Positions 9,480 through 18,443 of a DNA stretch of 54,871 nucleotides are shown here, in pieces. The notes beneath the pieces were generated by a model. It saw only the letters and a list, made by a program, of their open reading frames with translations. It did not search any database and was not told where the DNA came from. This DNA is from Gemmatimonadota bacterium (GTDB taxonomy: Bacteria > Gemmatimonadota > Gemmatimonadetes > Gemmatimonadales > JACORV01): contig JBGPHD010000002.1 in the NCBI GenBank assembly GCA_041484135.1, forward strand, positions 1 through 54,871, read 5' to 3'. A program made the translations under genes and the position numbers. How positions within the stretch are numbered: position 1 is the stretch's first letter; every line of letters starts with the position of its first letter.

Positions 9480-10061
9480 ATGCCCTTCATCATTCTGGTC
9501 GTCCTGATCGTGGTCGTCGCCTTCTGGGCTGTTGGTGCGCGCAACGGCCTGGTGACCCTCAAGAACGAGACCCTCAACGCCTGGAAGCAGATCGACGTGC
9601 AGCTCAAGCGGCGGCACGACCTGATCCCGAACTTGGTCAACACCATCAAAGGCTCGATGGAGTTCGAGAAGGAGACCCTGGAGGCGGTGATCAACGCCCG
9701 GTCGCGGGCGATGGGTGGCGGCGGCGGCGTGAAGGAGACCGCGGCGGCCGAAGGGGCGCTGACCGGCGCGCTGAGCAAGCTCTTCGTGGTGATGGAGCAG
9801 TACCCCGCCCTCAAGTCCTCGGAGAACGTGAAGGGCCTGCAGGAGGAGCTGTCCTCCACCGAGAACAAGATCGCCTTCGCGCGGCAGTTCTATAACGACG
9901 TGGCGACCAAGTACAACACCAGGCAGCAGCTCTTCCCGACCAACCTCGTCGTCGGCCTCGCCAGCGCGTCGCCGGCCGAGCTGTGGGAGATCGAGGACGC
10001 CGGCGACCGGGCGGTGCCGCAGGTGGACCTCTCGATGGGGAAGAAGCCGCCGGCCGCGTGA
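9480..10061 (+). CDS. lemA: LemA-family membrane protein
   Basis: Trimmed to ATG 9480. MPFIILVVLIVVVAFWAVGARNGLV...NAWKQIDVQLKRRHDLIPNLV...QYPALKSSENV...ENKIAFARQFYND matches the LemA family end to end. Confidence 0.9.
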   Translation: MPFIILVVLIVVVAFWAVGARNGLVTLKNETLNAWKQIDVQLKRRHDLIPNLVNTIKGSMEFEKETLEAVINARSRAMGGGGGVKETAAAEGALTGALSKLFVVMEQYPALKSSENVKGLQEELSSTENKIAFARQFYNDVATKYNTRQQLFPTNLVVGLASASPAELWEIEDAGDRAVPQVDLSMGKKPPAA

Positions 10062-11086
10062 CCGAGACGCTGAACCTCCTCGAGCAGCAGGCCCGGAACC
10101 GTCGCCAGACGAAGCTCTGGCTGCTGCTCTTCATCCTCTTCTTCGCCTGGCTCGGCTTCGGCGGGGATCTGGTGCTGTATCTGGGCAGCCAGGACGCGTA
10201 CGGGACGGCGCACTACACGGTGCCCTGGATCGGCATCGTCGTCACGTTGATCGCGTCCATCGTGGCGTGGAACGCCGTGCGGCGCGGGGCCAAGCAGGTG
10301 CTCTGGGCGTGCGGCGGCGTCGAGCTCGTCAACCCCCAGACGCTCGAAGAGAAGCAGCTCATGAACGTGGTCGAGGAGATGGCGATCGCGGCGGGGCTGC
10401 CTCGGCCGAAGGTCTACATCGTCGAGGACGCCGATCCGAACGCGTTCGCCACCGGGAACGGCCCCGAGACGGCCTGCGTCGCGGTGACGCGCGGGTTGCT
10501 GACGGCCCTGAACCGGGACGAGCTCCAGGCCGTCGTCGCGCACGAGATGGGCCATGTGCGGAACCTCGACGTCAAGCTGATGACGATGATCGCGGCGCTG
10601 GTCGGGGTGATCGTGATCCTCTCGGACGGCATGGGCCGCTTCTTCCGCGGCGGCGGCGGGCGATTGTTAGGCGGCCGCGGCGGCGGGCGGAAGGGCGGCG
10701 GGGCCGGCGCCCTCATGATCGTCGTCCTGGTACTCTGGCTCATCACGCTGATCCTCGCGCCGCTGATCACCCGGCTGATGGCGATGGCCGTCTCGCGCAA
10801 CCGCGAATACCTCGCCGACGCCACCGGCGCCGAGTTGACGCGGAACCCCGCCGCGCTGGCCTCCGCCCTCGCGAAGATCGAGGCCGCCGAGGCCCCCACG
10901 GCGTCCATCAAGCGCGGCACCGCGCACCTCTGCATCGCCGACCCGCTCGGCCGGGCCGTCAACGCCAAGGAAGGGCGGATGGCCAACTTCTTCGGGACCC
11001 ATCCGCCGATGCCGATGCGGATCTCGCGGCTCAAGGGGATGGCGTTCCAGTCGGCCAAGGCCGCCGGCGAGACGCCCACCGCCTGA
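10058..11086 (+). CDS. M48-family zinc metallopeptidase (HtpX-like)
   Basis: An in-frame GTG at 10058 overlaps the lemA TGA (GTGA). Two N-terminal TM helices, HEMGH zinc motif (VVAHEMGHVRNLD), and further TM helices. The LemA + M48 pairing is a known conserved gene pair. Confidence 0.85.
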   Translation: MTETLNLLEQQARNRRQTKLWLLLFILFFAWLGFGGDLVLYLGSQDAYGTAHYTVPWIGIVVTLIASIVAWNAVRRGAKQVLWACGGVELVNPQTLEEKQLMNVVEEMAIAAGLPRPKVYIVEDADPNAFATGNGPETACVAVTRGLLTALNRDELQAVVAHEMGHVRNLDVKLMTMIAALVGVIVILSDGMGRFFRGGGGRLLGGRGGGRKGGGAGALMIVVLVLWLITLILAPLITRLMAMAVSRNREYLADATGAELTRNPAALASALAKIEAAEAPTASIKRGTAHLCIADPLGRAVNAKEGRMANFFGTHPPMPMRISRLKGMAFQSAKAAGETPTA

Positions 11087-11088
11087 CG

Positions 11089-13659
11089 ATGCGCCTGCTT
11101 CTCCTGTGCGTCTGCGCGTCCGTCGCGTCCGCGCATCCGGCTTTCTCGCAATGCCCCGACGGCCTGCCGCCGCCGTGCGCGGGGGCCCGCCGCGCGGCGC
11201 CGCGCCGCCTTCCGCCCCCCGGGGCCGAGCAGCGCCGGCGCAGCTTCCTGGTCCTGCCGTTCCGCAACCTGTCACGCTCGCCCGATCACGAGTGGCTGGT
11301 CGAGGGCTCCCCGGTGCTCATCGCCGACGCGCTGAGCCGGCGCGAGGAGCTCACGGTCGTCCCCGACGAGCGGCTCTACCCCGCGCTCCGGCGCGCGGGC
11401 CTGCACCCCGGCGCGGTCATGGACCTCGCGGTGGTGCGGCGCATCGCGGGCGAGACGGGCGGCTGGACCGCCGTCACGGGCGAGGTGCTCGCCTTCGGCG
11501 ACCGGATCCGGGTGAGCGCGCGAGCCTTCGACGTGGTCTCCAACCAGGAGGTGGTGCGCGCCGTGGAGGAGACGGCGGCCGGGGAGGACGTGCGGGCGGT
11601 CTACCAGCGCCTGGGCACCCGCCTCATCCGCGCGGCCGGTATCGACACCGCGGCGGCGGACCTTGCGGCGACCACCACGCGCTCGCTGGACGCGTACCGC
11701 TCTTACGTCCGCGGCGTCGCGCACTACAACCGGTCCGAGGTGCGGCAGGCCCGGGACGCCTTCCTCGAGGCCGTCAGGATCGACAGCACCTACGCCCAGG
11801 CTTACATGCGGCTCGCCGAGGCTACGCTCGGCGCCAACCCCATGGAGATCGCCACGGCCGGTTCGCGGAGCCTCGCCTATGTCGCCCGGGCGGCCGCACT
11901 GTCCGACCGCCTCGCCCCCCGGGACCGAGAGTTGGTCCTGGGCATCAACGAACTGTTAGGCGGGCATTTCCGTGCCGCGCGCGAACGCCTGGTGCGCCTG
12001 TCCTCGCAGGACACCACCGACGTGGACGCGCTCGAGTGGCGTATGAGCGCCGAAGGCTTCTACCCGATCCTCGTCCGCAGCGGCGGGGGGGAGCGTCCCG
12101 CGGGGAACATGAACCTGGCGCTCGCCATCGCCAAGCGCGTGCTCGAGCTCGACCCCTCCCGGCATCACCTCTATGGGAACCTGACCCAGTTCTATCTGCT
12201 CGCGGCCGGCGGAACGCCGGGGTTCGTGCCCGCCTGGCGCGAGGAGGCCGCCTCGCTCCCGGCCCTACTCAACAGCCCGCCGGCGCGGACCTTCGTTCCG
12301 CTGCTGTTCGACTCGTTGGTGCTGGTACCCACCGAGTCGCTCCAGACGGTGCCCGCGGATACGGTCCGGGCCGCCCGGGCGCGCGCCCTGGCCGTCGCCC
12401 GGGCCTGGATCGACCGCTGGCTCGCGGTCGGCCGCTCCGAGGCGGAGGCGCACCTGTGGGCGTCCCGGGTGGCGGACCAGGGCGGCGACGCCGCGACGGC
12501 GCTGCGGGAGCTCGAGACCGCCGACTCCCTGGGCGTCGAGACCGGCCTCGAGAATGTCCCGGCGCGGCGCATGGCGCTGCTCGCCAAGCTCCGGCGGTAC
12601 GCGGACGGCTCCCGGATCGCCGACTCGCTGCTCCAGGCCGGGGCGCTCGACATGTCGACCCTCAATGCCTTCCAGATCGAAGGGGCGGGCTGGGGCTTCA
12701 CGCTGTTCCAGATGGAAGGGCGCTACGACCGCGCCGACGCGCTGCTCGACCGGACGATCGTCGCGCTGACGCCGGCCGCGCTGGCGAACCCCGAGCTGTC
12801 GGGGGACATGCTCGGCTTCATCTTCCTCAGCGGCTACGTGCCCCAGTTCTTCAACCTGCCCGTCGAGGTGCGCGTAACCGTGCTCGAGAAGGTGCTGGCG
12901 GACGCGCCGAGGCTCGCCTCCACGAGCAGCGTGGCGCGCATGCTGCCCTTCTCCGCCATGCTGCTGCTCCGGGACACGCTGACGCCGGGCCGCGCCCACC
13001 TCGCTTCGGACGTGCTCGCGAGCGCCCGGGCGCTCGAAGGCAGCGGGCGCGCCGATCTTGCCTACGAGCTCGCGACCGTCGCGGGCATGGACAGCGCCGC
13101 CCGCGCGACCGTGGTCGGCCTCCCGTGGTACGAGGCGCGCCATCGCACGGCGCGGGCGCTCCGCATCGCCACGGCGCAGCGCTTCCACCCGCTCCGCGCG
13201 ACGGTGACCGACAGCGTGGCCACGTTCTCTTGGACCGTCCAGGGCGACACCTTCTCGTGGTATCGCGCCGAGACGCCCATCACCGAGTCCGACTTCGCCT
13301 GGACGGCGGAGTTCGACGCGGGCGGCAAGCACTGGGAGGTCATCGCGAACGTGGACCGCATCGCGGGCCTCAGGCCCCGGACCGGCCCGCTGCCCGACCT
13401 GCTGCGCGCCGCGCTTCGCGCGCTGCACGAGGTCATGGCGGATACCACGGCGCCGCACCGGCCCGTCCGCACCGCGGTGGTGTCCGTGGGGCCCGAGGCC
13501 GGCGGGTTGCGCGTGGTGCTTCGCGACGCCGACGTCGTCGCCGCGCTCCGGCGTGAGCGCCCGACCACGGTGCGCTTCCGCTTCCGCCCCTGCGGGCGCG
13601 ATCCGGCCGATCCTGCGGCGCGGTGCGTGGACGAGCCGGTCCCGGTCACCTACCCGTGA
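11089..13659 (+). CDS. Secreted TPR protein with N-terminal TolB-N/CsgG-like domain (paralogue 1)
   Basis: Track ORF 10267..13659 trimmed to ATG 11089 (MRLLLLCVCASVASAHPAFSQ, signal peptide). QCPDGLPPPCAG motif, then FLVLPFRNLSRSPDHEWLVEGSPVLIADAL..., then TPR-like helical repeats. Confidence 0.7.
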   Translation: MRLLLLCVCASVASAHPAFSQCPDGLPPPCAGARRAAPRRLPPPGAEQRRRSFLVLPFRNLSRSPDHEWLVEGSPVLIADALSRREELTVVPDERLYPALRRAGLHPGAVMDLAVVRRIAGETGGWTAVTGEVLAFGDRIRVSARAFDVVSNQEVVRAVEETAAGEDVRAVYQRLGTRLIRAAGIDTAAADLAATTTRSLDAYRSYVRGVAHYNRSEVRQARDAFLEAVRIDSTYAQAYMRLAEATLGANPMEIATAGSRSLAYVARAAALSDRLAPRDRELVLGINELLGGHFRAARERLVRLSSQDTTDVDALEWRMSAEGFYPILVRSGGGERPAGNMNLALAIAKRVLELDPSRHHLYGNLTQFYLLAAGGTPGFVPAWREEAASLPALLNSPPARTFVPLLFDSLVLVPTESLQTVPADTVRAARARALAVARAWIDRWLAVGRSEAEAHLWASRVADQGGDAATALRELETADSLGVETGLENVPARRMALLAKLRRYADGSRIADSLLQAGALDMSTLNAFQIEGAGWGFTLFQMEGRYDRADALLDRTIVALTPAALANPELSGDMLGFIFLSGYVPQFFNLPVEVRVTVLEKVLADAPRLASTSSVARMLPFSAMLLLRDTLTPGRAHLASDVLASARALEGSGRADLAYELATVAGMDSAARATVVGLPWYEARHRTARALRIATAQRFHPLRATVTDSVATFSWTVQGDTFSWYRAETPITESDFAWTAEFDAGGKHWEVIANVDRIAGLRPRTGPLPDLLRAALRALHEVMADTTAPHRPVRTAVVSVGPEAGGLRVVLRDADVVAALRRERPTTVRFRFRPCGRDPADPAARCVDEPVPVTYP

Positions 13660-15620
13660 GACTGCCGCTCGCCCTCGCCACGCTCGCGGCGTGCGGCGCG
13701 CTTGCTGCTCCCCTTCACGCGCAGTGCCCGGACGGGACGCCGCCACCCTGCGCCGGCGCCCGGGTGCGCGCCGCCGCCCACGCGCCACCTAACGCGGCCG
13801 AGCGTGGCCGCCGGTTCCTGATCCTCCCGTTCCGCAACCTGTCCCGGTCGCCGGACCTGGAGTGGCTGGTCGAAGGCTCGACCACCATGCTGGCGGACGC
13901 GCTGAGCCGCTGGCAGGAGATCACCGTCGTGCCCGACGAGCGGCTCTATCCGGCGCTCCGCCGGGCCGGCCTCCAATCGGGCGCCGTGATGGACCCGGTG
14001 CGGGTGCGCCGGGTCGCGGAGGAGACCGCGGGATGGACCGCCGTGACGGGCGAGGTGCTCGCCACCGGCGGGCGCGTGCGGGTGAGCGCGCGGGCCTACG
14101 ATGTGCTCACGGGCCGCGAACTGGTGCGCGCCTCCGACGACGTGGCCGCCGGCGCCGACGTGCGCCCCGCCTTCGAGCGGATCGGCACGCGGCTGCTGCG
14201 GACCGCCGGCCTCGACACGGCGAGCGTGGACCTCGGTGCCGCCACGACCCGCTCGCTCGACGCGTATCGCGCCTACCTGCGCGGGGTCGCGTTCTCGCAG
14301 CGCGCGCAGTACCGCCGTGCGCGCGAGGCCCTCCTCGAGGCCGTCCGGCTCGACAGCACCTTCGCCAAGCCGTACGTGCTGCTGTCCATTTCATCGCTCT
14401 TCATCAACCCGCTCTCCACCTTCGATCCGCAGAGCGCCGCGCACCGGTACGCGGCCCGCGCCGCGCAGCTCTCCGCGCAGCTGCCGGCCGCCGACCGCGA
14501 TCACACGCTGGCGCTCAACGCGATCTTCGAGGGGCAGTTCACGGCGGCCAGGCGCACGCTCGAACGACTCGTTGCCGCGGACTCGAACGACATCAACGCG
14601 GTGAGCCTGCTGTCGCTCGTCGAGTACTCCGACCCCCTGCTCGTGCCTTCGGGCCGCGGCGAGCGGCCGCGCGGCTCGCTCAACCGCAACAACCGCCTCG
14701 CCCGGCGCGTGCTCGAGCTGGACCCGCTGGATCATGCCGCCTTCATCCCGCTCGTCTATGCGCACCTCCTCGCCGGCGGCGGGATGCCCGGCCTGATCGC
14801 CGCGGTGCATCGCGAGGCCGGGTCGTTCCAGGCCACGTTCCTCCAGGCCGGCAACGTGCGCCTGTTCGTCCCGCTCCTCCGCGACAGCTTCGAGCTCGTC
14901 CCCGTCGAGTCCCTGAGCACCGTGCCCGCGGAGACGCTGGCCGTCGCGCGGCGCCGCGCCCTCCTGGCCGCGCGCGACATCATCGACCGGTGGCTGGCGG
15001 TCGGCCAGGGCGAAGCCGAAGCGCACGTCGCGTCGGCCGCGGTGAGCGAGCTCCTGGGCGAGTGGGAGCGCGCGCTCGGCGAGATCGCGGTCGCCGAGTC
15101 GCTCGGCGTCGAGGTCGGGCTGACCTGCGTCGAGTGCCGCAGGCTGGCGTTGACGGGCAAGCTCCACCGGTACGAGGAGGCCCAGCGCATCGCCGCGGAC
15201 CTGTGGGCGCGCGGCCTCATCGGCTTGCTGGTGCCGGTGCCCACCGACAATACCGAGGCCTTCGCCTGGATGTTCAACCTCTTCCTGATGCGCGGCGGCT
15301 TCGCCCGCGCCGATTCCGCGCTCGCCCGCATGACGACCTCGCTCCTCCAGCTCGGCATGTTGCCCGACTCGACGTTCGCCGGCGCGATGGCGGTGACGCT
15401 GGTCGCCGGATCACCGGCCCGGCCCATCTGGCAGCTCGAGCTGCCGCTGGCCTTCCGCGCCGACGTCATGGACAGCGTGTGGGCGCGGCGCGCGCAGGTG
15501 CCGGCGCAGGGCCGTGTGGGGCGCGCCCTGCCCACGTTGCAGCGTCTCGCGAGCGCGGCGGTCACATCCGACAGCGCGCTCGCCGCGCGGGTGCGCGCCG
15601 CGCCGTGGTACCTGCGATGA
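13656..15620 (+). CDS. Secreted TPR protein with N-terminal TolB-N/CsgG-like domain (paralogue 2)
   Basis: GTG 13656 overlaps the upstream TGA (GTGA). Signal peptide VRLPLALATLAACGALAAPLHAQ. QCPDGTPPPCAG and FLILPFRNLSRSPDLEWLVEGSTTMLADAL are near-identical to paralogue 1 over about 250 aa. Confidence 0.7.
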   Translation: MRLPLALATLAACGALAAPLHAQCPDGTPPPCAGARVRAAAHAPPNAAERGRRFLILPFRNLSRSPDLEWLVEGSTTMLADALSRWQEITVVPDERLYPALRRAGLQSGAVMDPVRVRRVAEETAGWTAVTGEVLATGGRVRVSARAYDVLTGRELVRASDDVAAGADVRPAFERIGTRLLRTAGLDTASVDLGAATTRSLDAYRAYLRGVAFSQRAQYRRAREALLEAVRLDSTFAKPYVLLSISSLFINPLSTFDPQSAAHRYAARAAQLSAQLPAADRDHTLALNAIFEGQFTAARRTLERLVAADSNDINAVSLLSLVEYSDPLLVPSGRGERPRGSLNRNNRLARRVLELDPLDHAAFIPLVYAHLLAGGGMPGLIAAVHREAGSFQATFLQAGNVRLFVPLLRDSFELVPVESLSTVPAETLAVARRRALLAARDIIDRWLAVGQGEAEAHVASAAVSELLGEWERALGEIAVAESLGVEVGLTCVECRRLALTGKLHRYEEAQRIAADLWARGLIGLLVPVPTDNTEAFAWMFNLFLMRGGFARADSALARMTTSLLQLGMLPDSTFAGAMAVTLVAGSPARPIWQLELPLAFRADVMDSVWARRAQVPAQGRVGRALPTLQRLASAAVTSDSALAARVRAAPWYLR

Positions 15621-15648
15621 CGCCGGAGACCGCCGCCCGCGCCGCGCC

Positions 15649-17151
15649 GTGACCCTCGCCGCCTGGCTCCTCTTCACCCTCGCCGCGCTCCTTGCCGGCG
15701 GACTCGTCCTCTGGACCAAGCGCGCCGCGGCCAGCGTGGTGCGCAGTCGCTTCCGCCGCTGGGCCCGCCGCACCGTGCGCGACTTCCAGGCCCGCATCGC
15801 CCGCTTCAAGCTGGTCAGCCGCCGCTCCATCCACGACGAGCTGATCCTCGATCCGGTCGTGGTGGACGCGATGCGTGCCCACATGAAGGAGAAGAAGGTC
15901 AGCGAGCTCGACGTGCGGGTCCGCGTCGAGAGCTACATCGACGAGATCCTCCCCTTCTTCAACGTCCTCTCCTACTACAAGCTCGGCTACAACCTCGCCA
16001 AGCTGACGCTCAACCTGCTCTACAAGGTGACGATCGAATACGAGGACGACGACGCGCTGAACCGCATCCCCAAGAAGGACGTCGTCGTCTACCTGATGAA
16101 CCACCGCTCCAACGCCGACTACGTCGTGGTCGCCTACGTGCTGGCGCAGGGCGTCGCGGTGAGCTACGCGGTGGGCGAATGGGCCCGCGTCTGGCCCCTG
16201 GAGACGATCTTCAAGTCCTTCGGCTCGTACTTCATCCGGCGCCGCTACCGGGAACCGCTCTATCACGCGGTCCTCGAGCGCTACATCCAGCTCATCACCC
16301 GCCACGGCGTCACGCAGGGGATCTTCCTCGAAGGCGGGCTCAGCCGCGACGGGAAGTTCCGGCCCGCCAAGATCGGCCTGCTCGACTACATCGTGGGGGC
16401 GGCGCGCGAGGAAGGGTTCGACCGCGACATCTGGTTCGTCCCGGTCGCCATCAACTACGACCGCACCCTCGAGGACCGCTCGCTCATCCGCGAATGCCTC
16501 GACGAGTCGCTGCGCGAGCCGCGCCGCAAGCAACTCTTCGCCGTGACCAACTACCTCTTCTTCAACACGGTGCGCCTCTTCAGCGGGCGGCTCAAGCGCT
16601 ACGGCCGCGCCGCCGTGAACTTCGGCGCGCCCCTCTCGCTCAACGCGTGGCGGGCGAAACAGGACGGCGACGTGCTGCGCCTCCCCAAGGACCAGCGGCT
16701 TCCCCACGTCCAGCGCCTGGCCGACGAGGTGCTCGAGCGCATCAAGGACGTGATCCCGGTGACCCCGGTCTCGCTCGCCTCGGCGGCGCTCCTCTCCTTC
16801 GAGCGCGACACCATGCCCCTCGCCGACGTGCTGGCACGGATGCAGGACTATCGCGACCACCTGCTGGAGCGGAACGCCAAGGTGGTGCGCGCCGATCGCG
16901 AGATCCTCGAGACCTGGGAGCGCGCGCGGCTCATGTTCCGCATGCGCCGCACCGTCCTCGTGGAGGGCGAGACGGTCGTGGTGATGCCGCGGCAGCGGCC
17001 GCTCCTCGAGTACTACGCCAACGCGATCCGCCACCTCCTGCCCGCGCACGCCCTGCCGGAAGGGTTGATGACGCCGGCCCATGATACCGGGGAGATCGCG
17101 ATCGCCTATCGCTTGAAGCCGCCTCCTGCGCCGCCGGCGCGCGCCGGGTAA
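15649..17151 (+). CDS. Glycerol-3-phosphate/lysophospholipid acyltransferase (PlsB/GPAT-like)
   Basis: In-frame GTG 15649 followed by a TM helix. All four GPAT blocks are present: NHRSNADY (HX4D), GSYFIRR, FLEGGLSRDGK and VPVAINYDR. The ATG at 15617 is out of frame. Confidence 0.8.
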   Translation: MTLAAWLLFTLAALLAGGLVLWTKRAAASVVRSRFRRWARRTVRDFQARIARFKLVSRRSIHDELILDPVVVDAMRAHMKEKKVSELDVRVRVESYIDEILPFFNVLSYYKLGYNLAKLTLNLLYKVTIEYEDDDALNRIPKKDVVVYLMNHRSNADYVVVAYVLAQGVAVSYAVGEWARVWPLETIFKSFGSYFIRRRYREPLYHAVLERYIQLITRHGVTQGIFLEGGLSRDGKFRPAKIGLLDYIVGAAREEGFDRDIWFVPVAINYDRTLEDRSLIRECLDESLREPRRKQLFAVTNYLFFNTVRLFSGRLKRYGRAAVNFGAPLSLNAWRAKQDGDVLRLPKDQRLPHVQRLADEVLERIKDVIPVTPVSLASAALLSFERDTMPLADVLARMQDYRDHLLERNAKVVRADREILETWERARLMFRMRRTVLVEGETVVVMPRQRPLLEYYANAIRHLLPAHALPEGLMTPAHDTGEIAIAYRLKPPPAPPARAG

Positions 17152-17160
17152 GATTCCTGC

Positions 17161-17796
17161 ATGACGGCCGGCGAGCTTCCCCGCACCACCGCATCGTTCG
17201 AGGAGCGGTCCGACGCCCTGGCCGAGTTCCTCCGCGCGGCGGGGCGCGCCCCGCGCCTCCTCCCCGCCGACGACGACAGCGCCGGCTGCCCGCTCTTCCA
17301 CGCCCTCGCGGCCCTCCAGTGGACCGGAGAGACGGGACTCGTGCAGCACGCCGACCGTCTCCACGCCGTCTGGTTCGCCGCCGAGACCGGCGCCACCGTG
17401 ATCGAGCGCGAGGTCGGCGGCGACACCGTCTACCGGTTCTTCGGCCCGCGCATGGAGACACGCCAGCACGTGCCGGTGGACGGCAAGCAGGTCATCGACG
17501 AGCCCTTCGTGCGGGGCTACGAGTTCACCGAGCGGTGGAACGCGGTGGCGCACTTCCTCGTCACCACGCAGGGCAAAGGGGCGCTGGTCTCGTTCCTCGC
17601 CGCCCGCGCACCCGAGGTCGAGCACGTCAGGCGCTGGCTCCTCGAGCTCTTCCAGGGCCCGGTCCCGGAGGGCGCGGACCACCTGCACGCCGGCTGGTTC
17701 AGCGTGACGGGCGCGGGGTTCCTCTTCCCGCCGGCGTCGTTCGCGAGCGGCGGCACGCGGGGCTGGACGTACGTGGAATTGGGAGGCGGGGAGTAG
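17161..17796 (+). CDS. Hypothetical protein
   Basis: 211-aa ORF with normal amino-acid composition and high GC3, 9 nt after the acyltransferase stop. No recognisable family. Confidence 0.55.
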   Translation: MTAGELPRTTASFEERSDALAEFLRAAGRAPRLLPADDDSAGCPLFHALAALQWTGETGLVQHADRLHAVWFAAETGATVIEREVGGDTVYRFFGPRMETRQHVPVDGKQVIDEPFVRGYEFTERWNAVAHFLVTTQGKGALVSFLAARAPEVEHVRRWLLELFQGPVPEGADHLHAGWFSVTGAGFLFPPASFASGGTRGWTYVELGGGE

Positions 17797-17801
17797 AAAC
17801 A

Positions 17802-17837
17802 CGACGGCCCAACTGAGTTTCCCCAGTCGGGCCGTCG
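17802..17837. terminator. Strong GC hairpin between convergent transcription units
   Basis: Arms 17802..17815 and 17824..17837 (14 bp). The single A.C mismatch on the + strand becomes a G.U wobble on the minus strand. The minus-strand version is followed by UGUUUCUACU. Confidence 0.5.
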
Positions 17838-18330
17838 CCGGAGCAGTTACCCGGAGCCGAAGGATTGCTCCTTCGTTTTTCTCCCACGAGCCACCGGTTG
17901 TCTTTTCAGGTTCCCGGTAGGGCTGGCAGAAGCTCCGGCTTCCATCCCCGCGCGGCATGGCCATGCCTCACGGTTCACTGCGCCGAGCGCTTCGGGTCGT
18001 GCCGGATCGCGGACCGGCCTCCCGCATTGCACCCCGCTGCGCCACGGCGGGGTGGGACGAGGCACGCGATTGGCCTCGCCTGTCCGAGTCGGTGGGTTGC
18101 CCTGGGATCGACGGATGCCTGAGCCCTTTGTTGCTTCGGCACCCTCCCCCAAGCTACCGCTCGGGCCCGTCAACAGGCGTTGATCAGGCAGAGCCCGATC
18201 CCTTCCCCGCTGACGACAGCGCCAAATATAGGCCCGCCGAAAGTGCTCGCAAGTGCCGGATTTGCTTCGGGTTACGTCACCTCGTGTGCGTAAGGATGTG
18301 GACTCCAACTCTCACGCGTTGAACGCTTTC
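17802..18330 (-). ncRNA. Candidate large structured non-coding RNA (unclassified); 5' end uncertain
   Basis: About 0.5-0.6 kb with no protein-like ORF and visibly lower GC than its flanks. Nested helices: 18104..18110 with 18196..18202, 18117..18122 with 18184..18189, and 18170..18174 with 18179..18183. Hairpins at 18030..18054, 18056..18080, 17954..17967 and 17858..17875 (GCAA loop on the minus strand). Mismatches resolve to G.U only on the minus strand. It ends in the 17802..17837 hairpin plus a U-rich tail. Confidence 0.35.
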
Positions 18331-18443
18331 GCGCGACTCTCCCCAGGGTGTCGACATGTGGACTGGATAACTTTGTGGACGACGTCGCTTGCCCACACCC
18401 AACACTGTCGCTACGGTTCGCGCTCGATCCACTTCACCCACGG

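Noticed and set aside
7424-9868. Upstream extensions of ORFs as given in the track: 7424..9868, 10267..13659, 15514..17151, 18348..20108, 20105..20902, 21890..24217, 41291..42793, 42801..43154, 43117..43824, 43703..44023, 48041..50815, 50377..51639, 51976..52731, 52813..54585
   Set aside because: The extra 5' segments are low-complexity, overlap neighbouring real genes, or precede an obvious signal peptide, lipobox or coupled start codon. I trimmed each to the internal start that gives a sensible N-terminus.
15617-15619. ATG at 15617 as the start of the acyltransferase gene
   Set aside because: It is out of frame with the acyltransferase ORF and belongs to the tail of shadow ORF 13862..15652. 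The in-frame GTG at 15649, directly before the TM helix, fits better.
17802-18330. Identification of the structured non-coding region as RNase P RNA, tmRNA, SRP RNA or a cobalamin riboswitch
   Set aside because: The minus strand has GGGGAAGGGAUCGGGCUC, which only loosely resembles the invariant RNase P P4 element GGAGGAAAGUCCGGGCUC, and neither strand contains AAAGUCC. There is no tRNA-like ...CCACCA 3' end or tag ORF for tmRNA. There is no GGAAGCAGC-type SRP domain IV motif. No downstream same-strand gene exists for a riboswitch. I therefore left it unclassified.
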